Assembly (NCBI GenBank): GCA_964393525.1
Contig: CAYMTV010000001.1
Location: forward strand, 82,178 to 144,691
DNA: 62,514 nucleotides
Origin: an uncultured Gammaproteobacteria bacterium
Lineage (GTDB): Bacteria > Patescibacteriota > Microgenomatia > Daviesbacterales > UBA10151
Direction: 5' to 3'
The position numbers were made by a program, and so were the translations under genes. Of this stretch, positions 37,728-48,475 are shown one piece after another. Numbering within the stretch: position 1 is the first letter of the stretch; every line of letters starts with the position of its first letter. A model generated the notes under the pieces. That model did no database searches and was not told where the DNA came from. It worked only from the letters and a program-made list of their open reading frames with translations.

Positions 37728-38441
37728 ATGCCTGCAAACAATTTTTTAAAGATCGAACTGACGCTGTTTTTCCCGGCATTTAATGAGGAAAAAAATATTT
37801 CTCAGACAATACTTTCGGCCAATGATGTTTTAAGTAATCTTGGGCTTAAGAATTTTGAGTTAATAGTTGTCGATGACGGCTCGGTTGATGAAACAGCCGG
37901 AGTGGTTGACCATATAGCCAAAAAAAATCCGTCGGTAAAACTTATCAGTCATGCAAGAAACTTAGGTTACGGACATGCGCTCAAAACCGGATTCAGATCA
38001 GCCAGGAGTCCATGGGTGGCCTTTGTGGATTCAGACGGGCAGTTTGATATTTCAGAGATTGATAAATTCCTGGAAAAAACTAATGAAGCAGACTATATAC
38101 TAGGCTACAGGTTAAACCGGGCGGATTCATTTTTGAGAAAAATCTACACATTCGGCTGGAAGACTTTGGCTCAGATCCTTTTGGGGCTTACAGTAAAAGA
38201 TTATTCCTGCGGTTTTAAACTAATTAAAAAAAGCGCCTATGAAGCGGTTCTTCCGCTTGAAGCAGCGGAGAAAGTTACCCAGATTGAACTACTGGTAAAA
38301 GCTAAAAGAAAAGGTTTTAAATTTGCAGAAGTTGGTGTTCACCATTACCCAAGAAAATTTGGTACTCCGACAGGCGCAAAGATTAAAGTTGTTGTAAAAA
38401 GTGTTATTGACATTTTTCGACTTTGGTGGAAGCTAAGATGA
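37728..38441 (+). CDS. GT2 polyprenyl-phosphate sugar synthase
   Basis: FPAFNEE, VDDGSVD, NLGYGHAL, DSDGQF, DYSCGFKL. Confidence 0.88.
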   Translation: MPANNFLKIELTLFFPAFNEEKNISQTILSANDVLSNLGLKNFELIVVDDGSVDETAGVVDHIAKKNPSVKLISHARNLGYGHALKTGFRSARSPWVAFVDSDGQFDISEIDKFLEKTNEADYILGYRLNRADSFLRKIYTFGWKTLAQILLGLTVKDYSCGFKLIKKSAYEAVLPLEAAEKVTQIELLVKAKRKGFKFAEVGVHHYPRKFGTPTGAKIKVVVKSVIDIFRLWWKLR

Positions 38442-39958
38442 ATTGGATTAAAAATAACAGACTGGAATTTTTAGTAATAATCATAATCCTATCTTTGAGC
38501 GCTTTCATGCGCTTTTATAAGATTGATCAGTATATGACTTTTCTGGGGGATGAAGGCAGAGATGTACTGGTAATTAAAAAGATTTTAGAGCAATTTGATT
38601 TGCCGCTACTTGGTCCTCCAACATCAGTTGGGAATATGTATTTAGGTCCTCTTTACTACTATATGATGGCAATTCCCATGGCAATTTTTTGGCTAAATCC
38701 GGTTGCCGCGGCCGGAATGGTGGCAGCAATAGGGACAGCAACCGTTGGTTTAATCTATTATTTAAGCCGAAAGTGGTTTGGGATGGCAGCTGCCATAATT
38801 GCCTCAGTTTTATATTCTTTCTCTCCGGTTAATGTTTATTATTCTATGTCCTCATGGAACCCAAACCCTGCACCTTTTTTTACCCTGCTGATCTTTTTAG
38901 GATTATACAAAGCTTATAAAAGTAATAATTACTTATGGATGATACTTGTGGGTACGGCTTTTGCTTTTGCTCTGCAAATGCATTACTTAACCCTGATACT
39001 TCTTCCGATAATAGTTGTTTTATTTTTTTATGATAGCTCTCTTAATAGAAAAGAAAAAGTAAAAATTAAAAATAAGCGTTTAGGAACGACTGCGGGAATT
39101 TTAGTTTTTCTTACCCTAATGTCTCCTCTGGTTATATTTGATTTGAAACATAATCTGATGAATTACCGGGCAGTAACAACATTCTTTTTTGGGGACAGAG
39201 CAACAACCGTCAACTTAAACATTTTTAATACTGTCGAAAGAATTATTCCAATATATCAAAAAAATTTAATAGCAAGTTATATAACAGGGGACAATATGAT
39301 ATTAGTTACTCTGGTTTCTCTATTGGTACTAATTCCTGTTTTAATAACCCTTTTCAACCTAATTAAGAGAAGAAGCGAAAACTGGCCCAATGTTGCATTA
39401 TCGTTTTGGTTGATAACCGGGATTATGGGGCTTGCACTGTACAAGCAATCAATCTTTGACCACTACTTGGGATTTCTAAACCCTGTCCCCTTTATTATAA
39501 TTGGTTCGTTAACAACCTTAGGCAGATATACTTCAAAATATTTTAAGGAAAATATTTTAATAATGTCTATTGTGGCACTAAGCGCGGTTATAGCAATTAT
39601 TAACTTACAACGAAGCCCTCTACTAAAACCTCCTAACAACCAGCTTCAGAAAACTCAAGATGTAACCCGGTTTGTAATTGCGCAATCCGCTGATAAACCT
39701 TTTAATTTTGCTTTGATTGCTAAAAGTAATTATGATGCAGCTTATCAATTTTATTTTGAACAATTTAACCATAAACCCAAACAAGTACCGTTTGACATTA
39801 CCGAGCAGTTATTTGTTGTCTGTGAAGATCCTATCTGCGAGCCAATTAATCATCCAAAATATGAAATAGCTGCCTTTGGATGGTCTAAAATAGAATCTGT
39901 AAAGGAATTTGGCGGAGTAAAAGTTTATAAATTAATACATAACCGTCCGGACAAATAA
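38438..39958 (+). CDS. ArnT/PMT-like GT-C membrane glycosyltransferase
   Basis: GDEGRD...LLGPPTS...YLGPLYYY; ATG overlaps the upstream TGA (ATGA). Confidence 0.8.
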   Translation: MNWIKNNRLEFLVIIIILSLSAFMRFYKIDQYMTFLGDEGRDVLVIKKILEQFDLPLLGPPTSVGNMYLGPLYYYMMAIPMAIFWLNPVAAAGMVAAIGTATVGLIYYLSRKWFGMAAAIIASVLYSFSPVNVYYSMSSWNPNPAPFFTLLIFLGLYKAYKSNNYLWMILVGTAFAFALQMHYLTLILLPIIVVLFFYDSSLNRKEKVKIKNKRLGTTAGILVFLTLMSPLVIFDLKHNLMNYRAVTTFFFGDRATTVNLNIFNTVERIIPIYQKNLIASYITGDNMILVTLVSLLVLIPVLITLFNLIKRRSENWPNVALSFWLITGIMGLALYKQSIFDHYLGFLNPVPFIIIGSLTTLGRYTSKYFKENILIMSIVALSAVIAIINLQRSPLLKPPNNQLQKTQDVTRFVIAQSADKPFNFALIAKSNYDAAYQFYFEQFNHKPKQVPFDITEQLFVVCEDPICEPINHPKYEIAAFGWSKIESVKEFGGVKVYKLIHNRPDK

Positions 39959-40695
39959 TGAAGCTTTCCATAATTATTCCTGCTTACAACGAAGAAGACA
40001 ATATTAAAAAAGGTGTATTGTCTGATGTGGCAAATTATTTAAAAAAACAAAAGTTTGGTTACGAAGTATTAATTGTTGATGATGGATCAAAAGATGAAAC
40101 AGCAAGATTTATTGAGGAACAAATCAAAAACAATAGTTCTTTCAAGTTGATCAAAAACCAACACGGTGGAAAAGCCATTACCGTCATGACCGGTTTACTT
40201 GCCGCTAGAGGAGAGATAGCGGTTTTTACCGATATGGATCAGGCAACCCCAATATCGGAAATAGAAAAATTACTGCCAAAATTTAACCTTGGGGTTGATA
40301 TCGTCATCGGTTCAAGACACGGCAGGAAAGGGGCACCACTTATCCGAAAACTCATGGCTTGGGGATTTGCAACCTTTAGAAACCTTATTTTAGGACTTGC
40401 CTTTACGGACACCCAATGCGGCTTCAAAGCATTTAATATAAAATCGCGGGAAGCAATCTTTCCCAAGCTTTTGGAAAAATGGCAAAAACATAAAACTACT
40501 GGGGCTGCGGTTAATGCCGGATTTGACGTTGAAACGCTTTATTTTGCCAAAAAATTAGGGTTTAAAATCACCGAGGTTGAGGTTGATTGGCACCACGTTG
40601 GCACTGAAAGAGTTCAAATGGTCCGGGATTCTATTGATGCTATCCAAGATATACTAAGAATCAAGCTGGACGATTTTAGGGGAAGATATAAGTAA
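39958..40695 (+). CDS. GT2 Alg5-like polyprenyl-phosphate glucosyltransferase
   Basis: IIPAYNE, VDDGSKD, DMDQATP, DTQCGFKAF, FDVETL. Confidence 0.85.
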   Translation: MKLSIIIPAYNEEDNIKKGVLSDVANYLKKQKFGYEVLIVDDGSKDETARFIEEQIKNNSSFKLIKNQHGGKAITVMTGLLAARGEIAVFTDMDQATPISEIEKLLPKFNLGVDIVIGSRHGRKGAPLIRKLMAWGFATFRNLILGLAFTDTQCGFKAFNIKSREAIFPKLLEKWQKHKTTGAAVNAGFDVETLYFAKKLGFKITEVEVDWHHVGTERVQMVRDSIDAIQDILRIKLDDFRGRYK

Positions 40696-40708
40696 GCATC
40701 ACAATTTT

Positions 40709-42082
40709 ATGCGATCGCGACTTTTTGTGATAAACAAATTTGACATACTGCTGTTTTTAATTCTTTTTTTTGTAACTCCGCTTTTTTTCTATAAACTCGG
40801 TCAATCCTCATTAGTCAGTTTTGATGAAGCCTGGTATGCAGATATTGGAAGAAATATTTTAAAAACCGGAGATCTTCTAAACCTTTATTGGAACGGAAAC
40901 TTTTATCTTGATCACCCTCCGGCAGGATTCTGGCTGATTGCTGCAAGCATGCTTATTTTTGGAATAACCGAGTTTGGAGCCCGATTTGCTCCGGCATTCT
41001 CAGGCTTATTAAGTTTATTTTTTGTTTATTTACTCGGAAAAGAATTATTCAACCGTTGGGTGGGGTTTATTTCAGCGATCGCTCTTACTTCTTCTTACTG
41101 GTTTATGTTTAGGGCGCGGTCCGGAAATTTAGATGTAATTTTAACAATGTTTTTTTTGCTAACTTTTCTGCTTGCTGTTTATGCATCCAAAAATCGCAAA
41201 TTTTTATTTCCTTTTGTAATTAGCTTTATTCTGCTAATTCTTACAAAGACAATTGTCCCTTTAACCATACTTCCTGCACTAGTAATTGTTTTTTGGGGTA
41301 CCAGACAATATAGACTTAGAGATCTCATTTTACCCCTGTTTGTTTTGATTTTAATAATTGGAGGCTGGTTTATTGAGCAAATGGATAATCATGACCATTT
41401 CATACAAAGGTACCTTTCAATCGGATTGCCCGGAGTGCAGGCGGAAACATCACTTATGGATAATCTGAAACTGATGAAAGAATACTTGCACAATGGTATA
41501 GGAAAATGGTTTTGGCCGGGCATTGCTGCACTGGCTCTGGGACCATTTCTTATGCAGAGAAGGTTTTTAATGTTGTCGGTATTTTTTATTAGTTTTTTTC
41601 TGCCGTTTATTTTTTCCCATAAAGGGCATATCTGGCATTTAATTCCGCTTCACCCATTTATGATTTTAGCTTTTTTTGGATTTAGTTTTTGGATTATTGA
41701 AAAATTCACCAGACAAAAAATTCTGGCTGTCCTTGCTATTTTTGCAATTGGTTTTTATTTTTCTTTTATTCAGATAAGAAGAATGTGGTATGAGTTTATT
41801 GATGTTTCAGCCTTTGTTTCTGATGAAGCAATACTTTCTAAAGAAGCCGGCAAATTCCCTCAAAAGTTTTACATGGATGGGGATTTCGGGCCAACAGCGG
41901 TATTTTATTCGGAAAAGAAAGTTGAGCAAATTAGAAATGAGCGGGTTAGGGAAATATTTTCCGAGCCTGAAAGCTTTGTTCTGGTAACTTCCCAGTGGCA
42001 TCTGGATCAGGAAAAGATTAATCCGAGTAAGTATAAAATCATTAAAAAAGATAGGGATAGAGTTTTAGTAGTCAAAGATTAA
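40709..42082 (+). CDS. ArnT-like GT-C glycosyltransferase
   Basis: FDEAWYA, YLDHPP..FW, EFGARF, RSGNLD. Confidence 0.85.
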   Translation: MRSRLFVINKFDILLFLILFFVTPLFFYKLGQSSLVSFDEAWYADIGRNILKTGDLLNLYWNGNFYLDHPPAGFWLIAASMLIFGITEFGARFAPAFSGLLSLFFVYLLGKELFNRWVGFISAIALTSSYWFMFRARSGNLDVILTMFFLLTFLLAVYASKNRKFLFPFVISFILLILTKTIVPLTILPALVIVFWGTRQYRLRDLILPLFVLILIIGGWFIEQMDNHDHFIQRYLSIGLPGVQAETSLMDNLKLMKEYLHNGIGKWFWPGIAALALGPFLMQRRFLMLSVFFISFFLPFIFSHKGHIWHLIPLHPFMILAFFGFSFWIIEKFTRQKILAVLAIFAIGFYFSFIQIRRMWYEFIDVSAFVSDEAILSKEAGKFPQKFYMDGDFGPTAVFYSEKKVEQIRNERVREIFSEPESFVLVTSQWHLDQEKINPSKYKIIKKDRDRVLVVKD

Positions 42083-42105
42083 ACAATTTCTTGTATAATT
42101 TATAT

Positions 42106-43674
42106 GTGCAATTTCTTAAAAAATACCGCAAAGAAGTAGTAATACTCGCACTGATTATTATTGCCTATTTTTCTTTAAGACTTCCCAACCTTACTCTTCA
42201 GCCTATTTTTGCTGATGAGGCAATTTACGTTAGGTGGGCTCAGGTGATGCGTGCAGAACCCACCCTAAGATTTCTCCCCTTATCAGATGGTAAAACCCCT
42301 TTGTTTATGTGGGCTTTGATGCCCTTATTTAAGATATTTGAAGATCCACTTTTTGCAGGCAGGTTTTTGTCCATAATCTCAGGCTTTGGAACACTTCTTG
42401 GGGTGCTTTTTTTAGGATGGAAGTTTTTTGACAAAAAAGTCGGGATCTGGGCTGCATTTTTGATTGCAATAGTTCCATATTTTGTCTTTTTTGACCGCTT
42501 AGCTTTAGTTGACTCAATGCTTTCTGTCTTCTCCATCTGGTCGCTAAATATTGCCCTGCTTTTAGTAAACTTTCCCAGAGTGGATCTAGCTATGATTTTA
42601 GGTTATTTTATGGGCGGAAGTTTACTTACTAAACCTCCGGGCTTTTTTAATGTTCTAGCTCTCCCTGTAACTTTGGCCCTCTTTAATTTCAGAGACAAAC
42701 AGAGGCAGTTTAAGTTTTTAAGGCTTTTTGGGTTATGGGTAATAGCAGTTGTTATTACGCTGGGGCTTTACAATATATTAAGGCTGGGTCCGGGTTTTAG
42801 TAATTTAAATTCCCGCAATCAGGACTATGTTTTTTCGCCAACCGAGTTAACAGGAAGACCCCTGGATCCGTTTATACCCCACCTAAGAGATTTAGGGGAT
42901 TGGTTTCCTAAACTTTTAACAATCCCGGTTCTAATTTTGGTTTTATTTGGCGTAGCATTGATCTTATTTAAGCTTATTTTTGCTTTGTTAAAAAGGAAAG
43001 ACGATAAGATAATGAGAAACGGTTTGGCAATTATCCTCTGGGCATTAATTCCCCTTGTTGTACAGATGGCATTTTTAAAAGTTTTTACAGCCCGGTATAT
43101 TCTTTTTTCCCTGCCGGCTTTTATGGTTATTGCTTCGTTTGGGCTGGTATTTTTACTTGATCAGCTAAAGCTAAAAAAATATCTTGTTATCTTTATAGCT
43201 TTTCTATTGCTGCTTCCCCAAACAATAGTTTTTGATTACCATCTTCTAACAAACCCCGAGAAAGCCAATCTTCCTAAAAATGAAAGAAGAGGTTATCTTG
43301 AAGACTGGACAGCCGGTTATGGTTTAAAAGAAATTGCTCTTTTTTTAAGTGAAAGGTCAAAACTGGGACAGGTGATTGTCGGAACCGAAGGTAGTTTTGG
43401 AACCCTGCCTGACGGGTTGCAAATTTATCTGGATAAAAACAGACAAGTTGTAGTAATAGGAGGAAAAGCTACAATTTCTGCCCAGCTTCGGGATGCGGCT
43501 AAAAGTAATGATACATATTTTGTGGCTAACAGATCAAGATATAAATTTTTCGCAGAAGGTTTGGAACTGATTAAAGAATATCCAAAAGCCACTTGCGAAG
43601 GAGAAAGGGATGCCATACTGCTTTTCAAAGTACTACCTTTAGAAGTTGCCACAACTTCGGCTAAACTAAAGTAG
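42106..43674 (+). CDS. ArnT/PMT-like GT-C glycosyltransferase
   Basis: FADEAIY.RWA, DGKTPLF.W. GTG 42106 is preferred because TATAAT lies 6 nt upstream (track start 42091). Confidence 0.8.
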   Translation: MQFLKKYRKEVVILALIIIAYFSLRLPNLTLQPIFADEAIYVRWAQVMRAEPTLRFLPLSDGKTPLFMWALMPLFKIFEDPLFAGRFLSIISGFGTLLGVLFLGWKFFDKKVGIWAAFLIAIVPYFVFFDRLALVDSMLSVFSIWSLNIALLLVNFPRVDLAMILGYFMGGSLLTKPPGFFNVLALPVTLALFNFRDKQRQFKFLRLFGLWVIAVVITLGLYNILRLGPGFSNLNSRNQDYVFSPTELTGRPLDPFIPHLRDLGDWFPKLLTIPVLILVLFGVALILFKLIFALLKRKDDKIMRNGLAIILWALIPLVVQMAFLKVFTARYILFSLPAFMVIASFGLVFLLDQLKLKKYLVIFIAFLLLLPQTIVFDYHLLTNPEKANLPKNERRGYLEDWTAGYGLKEIALFLSERSKLGQVIVGTEGSFGTLPDGLQIYLDKNRQVVVIGGKATISAQLRDAAKSNDTYFVANRSRYKFFAEGLELIKEYPKATCEGERDAILLFKVLPLEVATTSAKLK

Positions 43675-43685
43675 GAACCCCCTCG

Positions 43686-45413
43686 ATGATTAATTCTTTA
43701 ATCAATTTCATAAACAAGCGTAATCTTATATGGCTAGTTGTTGTAGTTTTTATCATCCCGACTTTTTACTCTCTTTTAAGGCCCGGATATTACACCATGC
43801 ATGATGACTTGCAGGTTTTCAGGGTGCATCAGATGGATAAATGTTTTCAGGACCTACAGATCCCCTGCAGATGGGTACCGGATATGGGTTATCAATACGG
43901 CTATCCCCAATATAACTTCTACCCGCCAAGCATCTTCTATCTGGCAGAAATATTTCATTTAATCGGATTTCAGTTTATTGACACCATAAAGATAATTGTT
44001 GTCTTAGGTTTTATATTATCCGCTGTATTTATGTACTTTTTTTTAAATGAATGGTTTGGGAAAAAGTGGCCTGCTTTTGTAGGGGCAGTAATATACTCTT
44101 ATGCACCCTATAAAGCTGTAGATTCTTACGTTAGGGGAGCACTAAATGAATTTTGGGCACTGGTATTTTTTCCACTAATTTTCTGGTCTGCTTTAAAGTT
44201 AATTAAGCGGGGCAGTTTAAAAAATATTGCTTTCTTTTCGGTGTCTGTAGCACTTTTATTGCTTACCCACAATCTAATGGCTTTAATATTCTTACCTGTT
44301 GTTGCTATTTGGGTTTTAACCTATATTTTACTTGAAAGGAAATGGGTGGCTTTGCCAAAATTTTTCTTAGGCGGCTTGCTGGCGATAGGCTTGGCTGCAT
44401 TTTTTACCCTGCCGGTTGTATTTGAGTCTAAATTTGTCCATGTTGATTCAGTATTAAGCGGGTATTTTGACTATAGATTACATTTTGCCAATTTAAACCA
44501 GCTTTTTATATCAAATTTTTTTGATTATGGTTCTTCCCAGTGGGGCCCCAAAGACGATATGTCTTTATCTACCGGACAAATTCACTGGATTGCCGGAAGT
44601 TTTGCGGTTTTTTTAGCACTCCTTAAGTTTAGAAAGCAAAGGAAGGTAGCAGTTTTAACTTTGATAATTGGTTTTTTTGCACTTTTGTCCCTTTTTTTAG
44701 CCCATCAGAAATCTGCCTTTGTCTGGGAGCAAATTGGTATTTTAAAATGGCTCCAATTTCCCTGGCGGTTTTTGGCAAACAGTATTTTTTTACTTTCTAT
44801 TCTTACGGCAGTTGGGGTTTACTTACTGGACAATTTTTTACCAAAAAAATACCTTAAAGTATATGGAGTGGGATTAATAATCCTGAGTTTATTTTTGTAC
44901 GCCGGGTTTTTTAAGCCACACACCTGGCTTTCTATTTCAGACAAAGACAAGCTTACCGGACAGTCCTGGGAAAAACAGCTGACAGTCAGCATTTTTGACT
45001 ACCTTCCCATTTATGCCAAGCTTCCTCCTCCCAGCAAAGCTCCGGATCTGCCTGAAGTAATGAAAGGACAGGTTAAGTTTCTAAGCTATAAAAAAGGTAG
45101 TAATTACCAGATTGGTAAAGTTGAGGTCTTAACCGAAAAGGCCAATTTAAGGCTGCCATTGTTTCATTTTCCCGGGATGAAAGTTTTTATCGATGGACGG
45201 GAAATAGCCCACAGCTATAATGACTGTAGGAACCAAAAGTATTGTTTAGGATTAATTAGCATTGATGTAAAAAAAGGTAGTCATGAAATTGAGGCAAGGC
45301 TTACTGATACGCCGATCAGAAGCTATGGGAATTTTTTAACACTAATAAGTTTAATAATAGTTGGTTTGATGAGTTTCAATTTCCCAAAATATGTTAAAAA
45401 TATTGCGAAATAA
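43686..45413 (+). CDS. GT-C-like membrane protein (PTPS-related membrane domain / YfhO-like)
   Basis: HDD...RWVPDMGYQYGYP..NFYPP, RGALNE, QFPWRFL; soluble C-terminal domain. Confidence 0.75.
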   Translation: MINSLINFINKRNLIWLVVVVFIIPTFYSLLRPGYYTMHDDLQVFRVHQMDKCFQDLQIPCRWVPDMGYQYGYPQYNFYPPSIFYLAEIFHLIGFQFIDTIKIIVVLGFILSAVFMYFFLNEWFGKKWPAFVGAVIYSYAPYKAVDSYVRGALNEFWALVFFPLIFWSALKLIKRGSLKNIAFFSVSVALLLLTHNLMALIFLPVVAIWVLTYILLERKWVALPKFFLGGLLAIGLAAFFTLPVVFESKFVHVDSVLSGYFDYRLHFANLNQLFISNFFDYGSSQWGPKDDMSLSTGQIHWIAGSFAVFLALLKFRKQRKVAVLTLIIGFFALLSLFLAHQKSAFVWEQIGILKWLQFPWRFLANSIFLLSILTAVGVYLLDNFLPKKYLKVYGVGLIILSLFLYAGFFKPHTWLSISDKDKLTGQSWEKQLTVSIFDYLPIYAKLPPPSKAPDLPEVMKGQVKFLSYKKGSNYQIGKVEVLTEKANLRLPLFHFPGMKVFIDGREIAHSYNDCRNQKYCLGLISIDVKKGSHEIEARLTDTPIRSYGNFLTLISLIIVGLMSFNFPKYVKNIAK

Positions 45414-47064
45414 CTTACAGCTGACGCTTTTACTTATATTGTCCATTATTGTTATTTGGCCTCTTTTTTTACCGGGTTATTTTTTTCACCACGACGATAT
45501 GCAAGTTATAAGAGTCTTTGAAATGCGGGTATGCTTGGAAGATTTGCAAATTCCCTGCAGGTGGTCTGCGGATTTGGGTTATGGATTCGGCTTTCCACTG
45601 TTTAACTACTACAGTGCGTTTCCTTATTATATAGGAGCAATTTTGAGTTTCATCGTGGGATATGTTTGGGCTGCTAAAGCCTTGTTTTTAATCCCCCTTA
45701 TTGCTGGTGGAATTTTTGTGTATTTTTTAGGTAAGGAATTGTTTGGTAAATGGGGCGGGTTTGTCTCAGCTGTTTTATATTTATTTGCTCCCTACCGGGC
45801 TTTGGATGCTTATGTCAGGGGTGCAGTTGCCGAAAGCTTTGGTATGGCGCTAATCCCTTTAGTGTTATTTTTCAGTCTTAAATTAATTCGTCAGGCAAGT
45901 AGCAAAAACATTGCAGGGTTTTCATTAAGTTTGGCAGCCTTTTTGCTAAGTCACAATATTATGATACTTCTGTTTATGCCGTTTTTAGTAATCTGGATTT
46001 TATTTTGGTTGATCAGGGGAAAATTTAAAAACTTAAAATTATTGATCTTTTCCTTTCTTTTGGGTGCAGGTCTTTCCGCTTTTTTTATTTTTCCTGCATT
46101 TTTGGAAAAATCGCTTGTTAAAACCGAAAGTTTAACTTCCGAGGGATTTAGATACTGGATTCACTTTACAACTTTGCGCCAGTTATTTTTAGATAGAAGC
46201 TGGGGTTTTGGCTCGTCAATTTTTGGCACAGGAGATACAATTTCTTTCCAGATTGGCTGGCCGCAATGGTGGGTAGTAGGTCTTGCAGTTGTTGTCATTT
46301 TAATAGGTTTAAAAAAGTTTAGCAGGGAGGTATTTAAAAAAGAAGAGTATTTAATAGGCCTTTTGCTTTTGTTTATTTTTCTTGTTTCTATTTTTATGAC
46401 CCACAATAAATCAACTTTTATCTGGCAAAATTTACCTATTTTGCATTATGCGCAATTTCCCTGGAGGTATTTAGGAATAACAATATTTGCCTGTGCCCTA
46501 TTAGGAGGCTTTGTGATTGCTCACACCAATAAATTAAAATTGATCCTTGTGGTACTGATTTCTGTATTGACCGTAGCTTTTAACTGGGCCTATTTTAAAC
46601 CATCAGATTTTTATTATTCTCACGATGATAAATTTAAACTCAGTGGAGACAGTTGGGAATATCAACAGCAAGGTTCAATCGAAGATTATTTACCTAAAAC
46701 TGCCAAGCGCCCCTTTAAACTCTCAAAAGATCAACCAAAAATAATTCAGGGCTCGGGGGATTTAAAAAATTATTCAAAAAAATCTAACAAGTTTAGCTTT
46801 GATGCCAATATAAACAAAAAAAGCGAAATTGAAATACCAGTTTTTGAATTTCCTAACTGGCAGGTTCAAGTAGATAAGAAAAATTACGACCATTCATATA
46901 ACAAGGCAGGTTTAATTACTTTAAAACTTCAACCGGGACAGTATTTGATAACGGGGACTTTTAAAAATACCCCTGTAAGGACAGTCTCCAATTTAATCAG
47001 CCTTTTATCATTAATAATTCTTTTTATACTATTTTTTCCAAAATATGAACGTACAAGAGATTAA
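45391..47064 (+). CDS. GT-C-like membrane protein, tandem paralogue of the previous gene
   Basis: HDD...RWSADLGYGFGFP..NYY, RGAVAE, QFPWRYL. Confidence 0.75.
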   Translation: MLKILRNNLQLTLLLILSIIVIWPLFLPGYFFHHDDMQVIRVFEMRVCLEDLQIPCRWSADLGYGFGFPLFNYYSAFPYYIGAILSFIVGYVWAAKALFLIPLIAGGIFVYFLGKELFGKWGGFVSAVLYLFAPYRALDAYVRGAVAESFGMALIPLVLFFSLKLIRQASSKNIAGFSLSLAAFLLSHNIMILLFMPFLVIWILFWLIRGKFKNLKLLIFSFLLGAGLSAFFIFPAFLEKSLVKTESLTSEGFRYWIHFTTLRQLFLDRSWGFGSSIFGTGDTISFQIGWPQWWVVGLAVVVILIGLKKFSREVFKKEEYLIGLLLLFIFLVSIFMTHNKSTFIWQNLPILHYAQFPWRYLGITIFACALLGGFVIAHTNKLKLILVVLISVLTVAFNWAYFKPSDFYYSHDDKFKLSGDSWEYQQQGSIEDYLPKTAKRPFKLSKDQPKIIQGSGDLKNYSKKSNKFSFDANINKKSEIEIPVFEFPNWQVQVDKKNYDHSYNKAGLITLKLQPGQYLITGTFKNTPVRTVSNLISLLSLIILFILFFPKYERTRD

Positions 47065-48475
47065 TAAAAAATTAATTACCGGATTTTTAAGTTTATCCTT
47101 CAGGCAAGCTGTTTTATTGGGGGTAAATTTTTTAACTATAAATATAATACTTGCAAGGGTTTTACCGGTTGAGGTAATTGGGATATTTAATATTGGAAAT
47201 ACAATTTTAGGGCTGTTTACCTTTTTTTCCGATCTTGGTTTGGCTGCAGCTTTAATTCAAAAAAAAGAAATTACCCAAAAAGACATTAGTTCTACTTTCT
47301 TAATTCAAGAGCTTTTGGCAGTCATTATAACGGTTATTATCTTTATTTCGGCTCCGGTATTTGTAAAGAACTTAGACGCTTCGGCAATATGGTTAATCCG
47401 GGGACTGGCAGTCTCGTTTCTACTGACCTCTCTTAAAGTAATTCCTTCTTTACTTTTGGAAAGAAATCTAAAGTTTGGACCTATTGTCTGGGTAGATTTA
47501 ATAGAAGCTTCTGTTTATAATTTTGCATTGATATTTTTTAGTTTTAGAGGTTTTTTAGTTGACGCATTTACTTACTCTGCGATTTTGCGAAGTGTTGTCG
47601 GAGTTGTAGCAATTTATTTGATTGCACCCTGGAAACCAACTCTGTCTTTTTCCAAAGAATCATTAAAAGGTCTACTTACATTTGGTGTACCTTTCCAGCT
47701 AAATTCAATATTGGCACTTATTAAAGATAGGTTGGTAGCCTTGATTGTAGCAAATATTGTAGGGCCCTTAGGTTTTGGGTATATAACCTGGGCCCAAAAC
47801 TTGGCACTTTTGCCCCTACTACTCATGCAAAATATTATCAGAATTACCTTCCCGGCTTTTTCCAGGCTTCAGCATGATCGGGTAAGCCTTAAAAAAACTC
47901 TTGAAAGATCAATTTTTTTAACAACTTTAATAACTTACCCTTTGATTTTTGGTTTGGTAGCTGTAGCTTCCGCTATGATTGAATATGTAGTTACCAGTAA
48001 ATGGCAACCTGCACTACCTTTAATATATCTTTTCTCCATTAATACTTTTTGGGCGACACTATCTACAACTTTTACCAATACTTTAAATGCCATAGGCAAA
48101 ATTAAACTGACACTATATTTGATGATTATGTGGACGGTATTAACCTGGCTTCTAAGCCCGGTACTGGCAATAAAATACGGCTTTATCGGAGTTGGGATAG
48201 CATCAGCTATTATTTCCCTCACTTCTTTGGCACCAATAATTATAGTTAAGAGAATTTTAAAAGTTGAAATTATAAAAAATATTTTAGATCCTTTAATCGG
48301 TTCAATTTTTATGGGGATAATTGTCTATTTTATCGCTTCCGAATTTGCCAGGGATTTTTCAAGCACGATTGTTGTTATTGTCTTAGGAGGAATGGTTTAT
48401 ATCTTAACAATCACACTGATTAGTTATAAAAAGGTTATTAAACACTTAAAAGGGATGGATGATGAAATTGATTAA
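47045..48475 (+). CDS. wzx: Wzx-like oligosaccharide flippase (MOP/PST family)
   Basis: About 12-14 TM; FSDLGLAAALIQKK; ITFPAFSRLQ. Confidence 0.85.
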   Translation: MNVQEINKKLITGFLSLSFRQAVLLGVNFLTINIILARVLPVEVIGIFNIGNTILGLFTFFSDLGLAAALIQKKEITQKDISSTFLIQELLAVIITVIIFISAPVFVKNLDASAIWLIRGLAVSFLLTSLKVIPSLLLERNLKFGPIVWVDLIEASVYNFALIFFSFRGFLVDAFTYSAILRSVVGVVAIYLIAPWKPTLSFSKESLKGLLTFGVPFQLNSILALIKDRLVALIVANIVGPLGFGYITWAQNLALLPLLLMQNIIRITFPAFSRLQHDRVSLKKTLERSIFLTTLITYPLIFGLVAVASAMIEYVVTSKWQPALPLIYLFSINTFWATLSTTFTNTLNAIGKIKLTLYLMIMWTVLTWLLSPVLAIKYGFIGVGIASAIISLTSLAPIIIVKRILKVEIIKNILDPLIGSIFMGIIVYFIASEFARDFSSTIVVIVLGGMVYILTITLISYKKVIKHLKGMDDEID

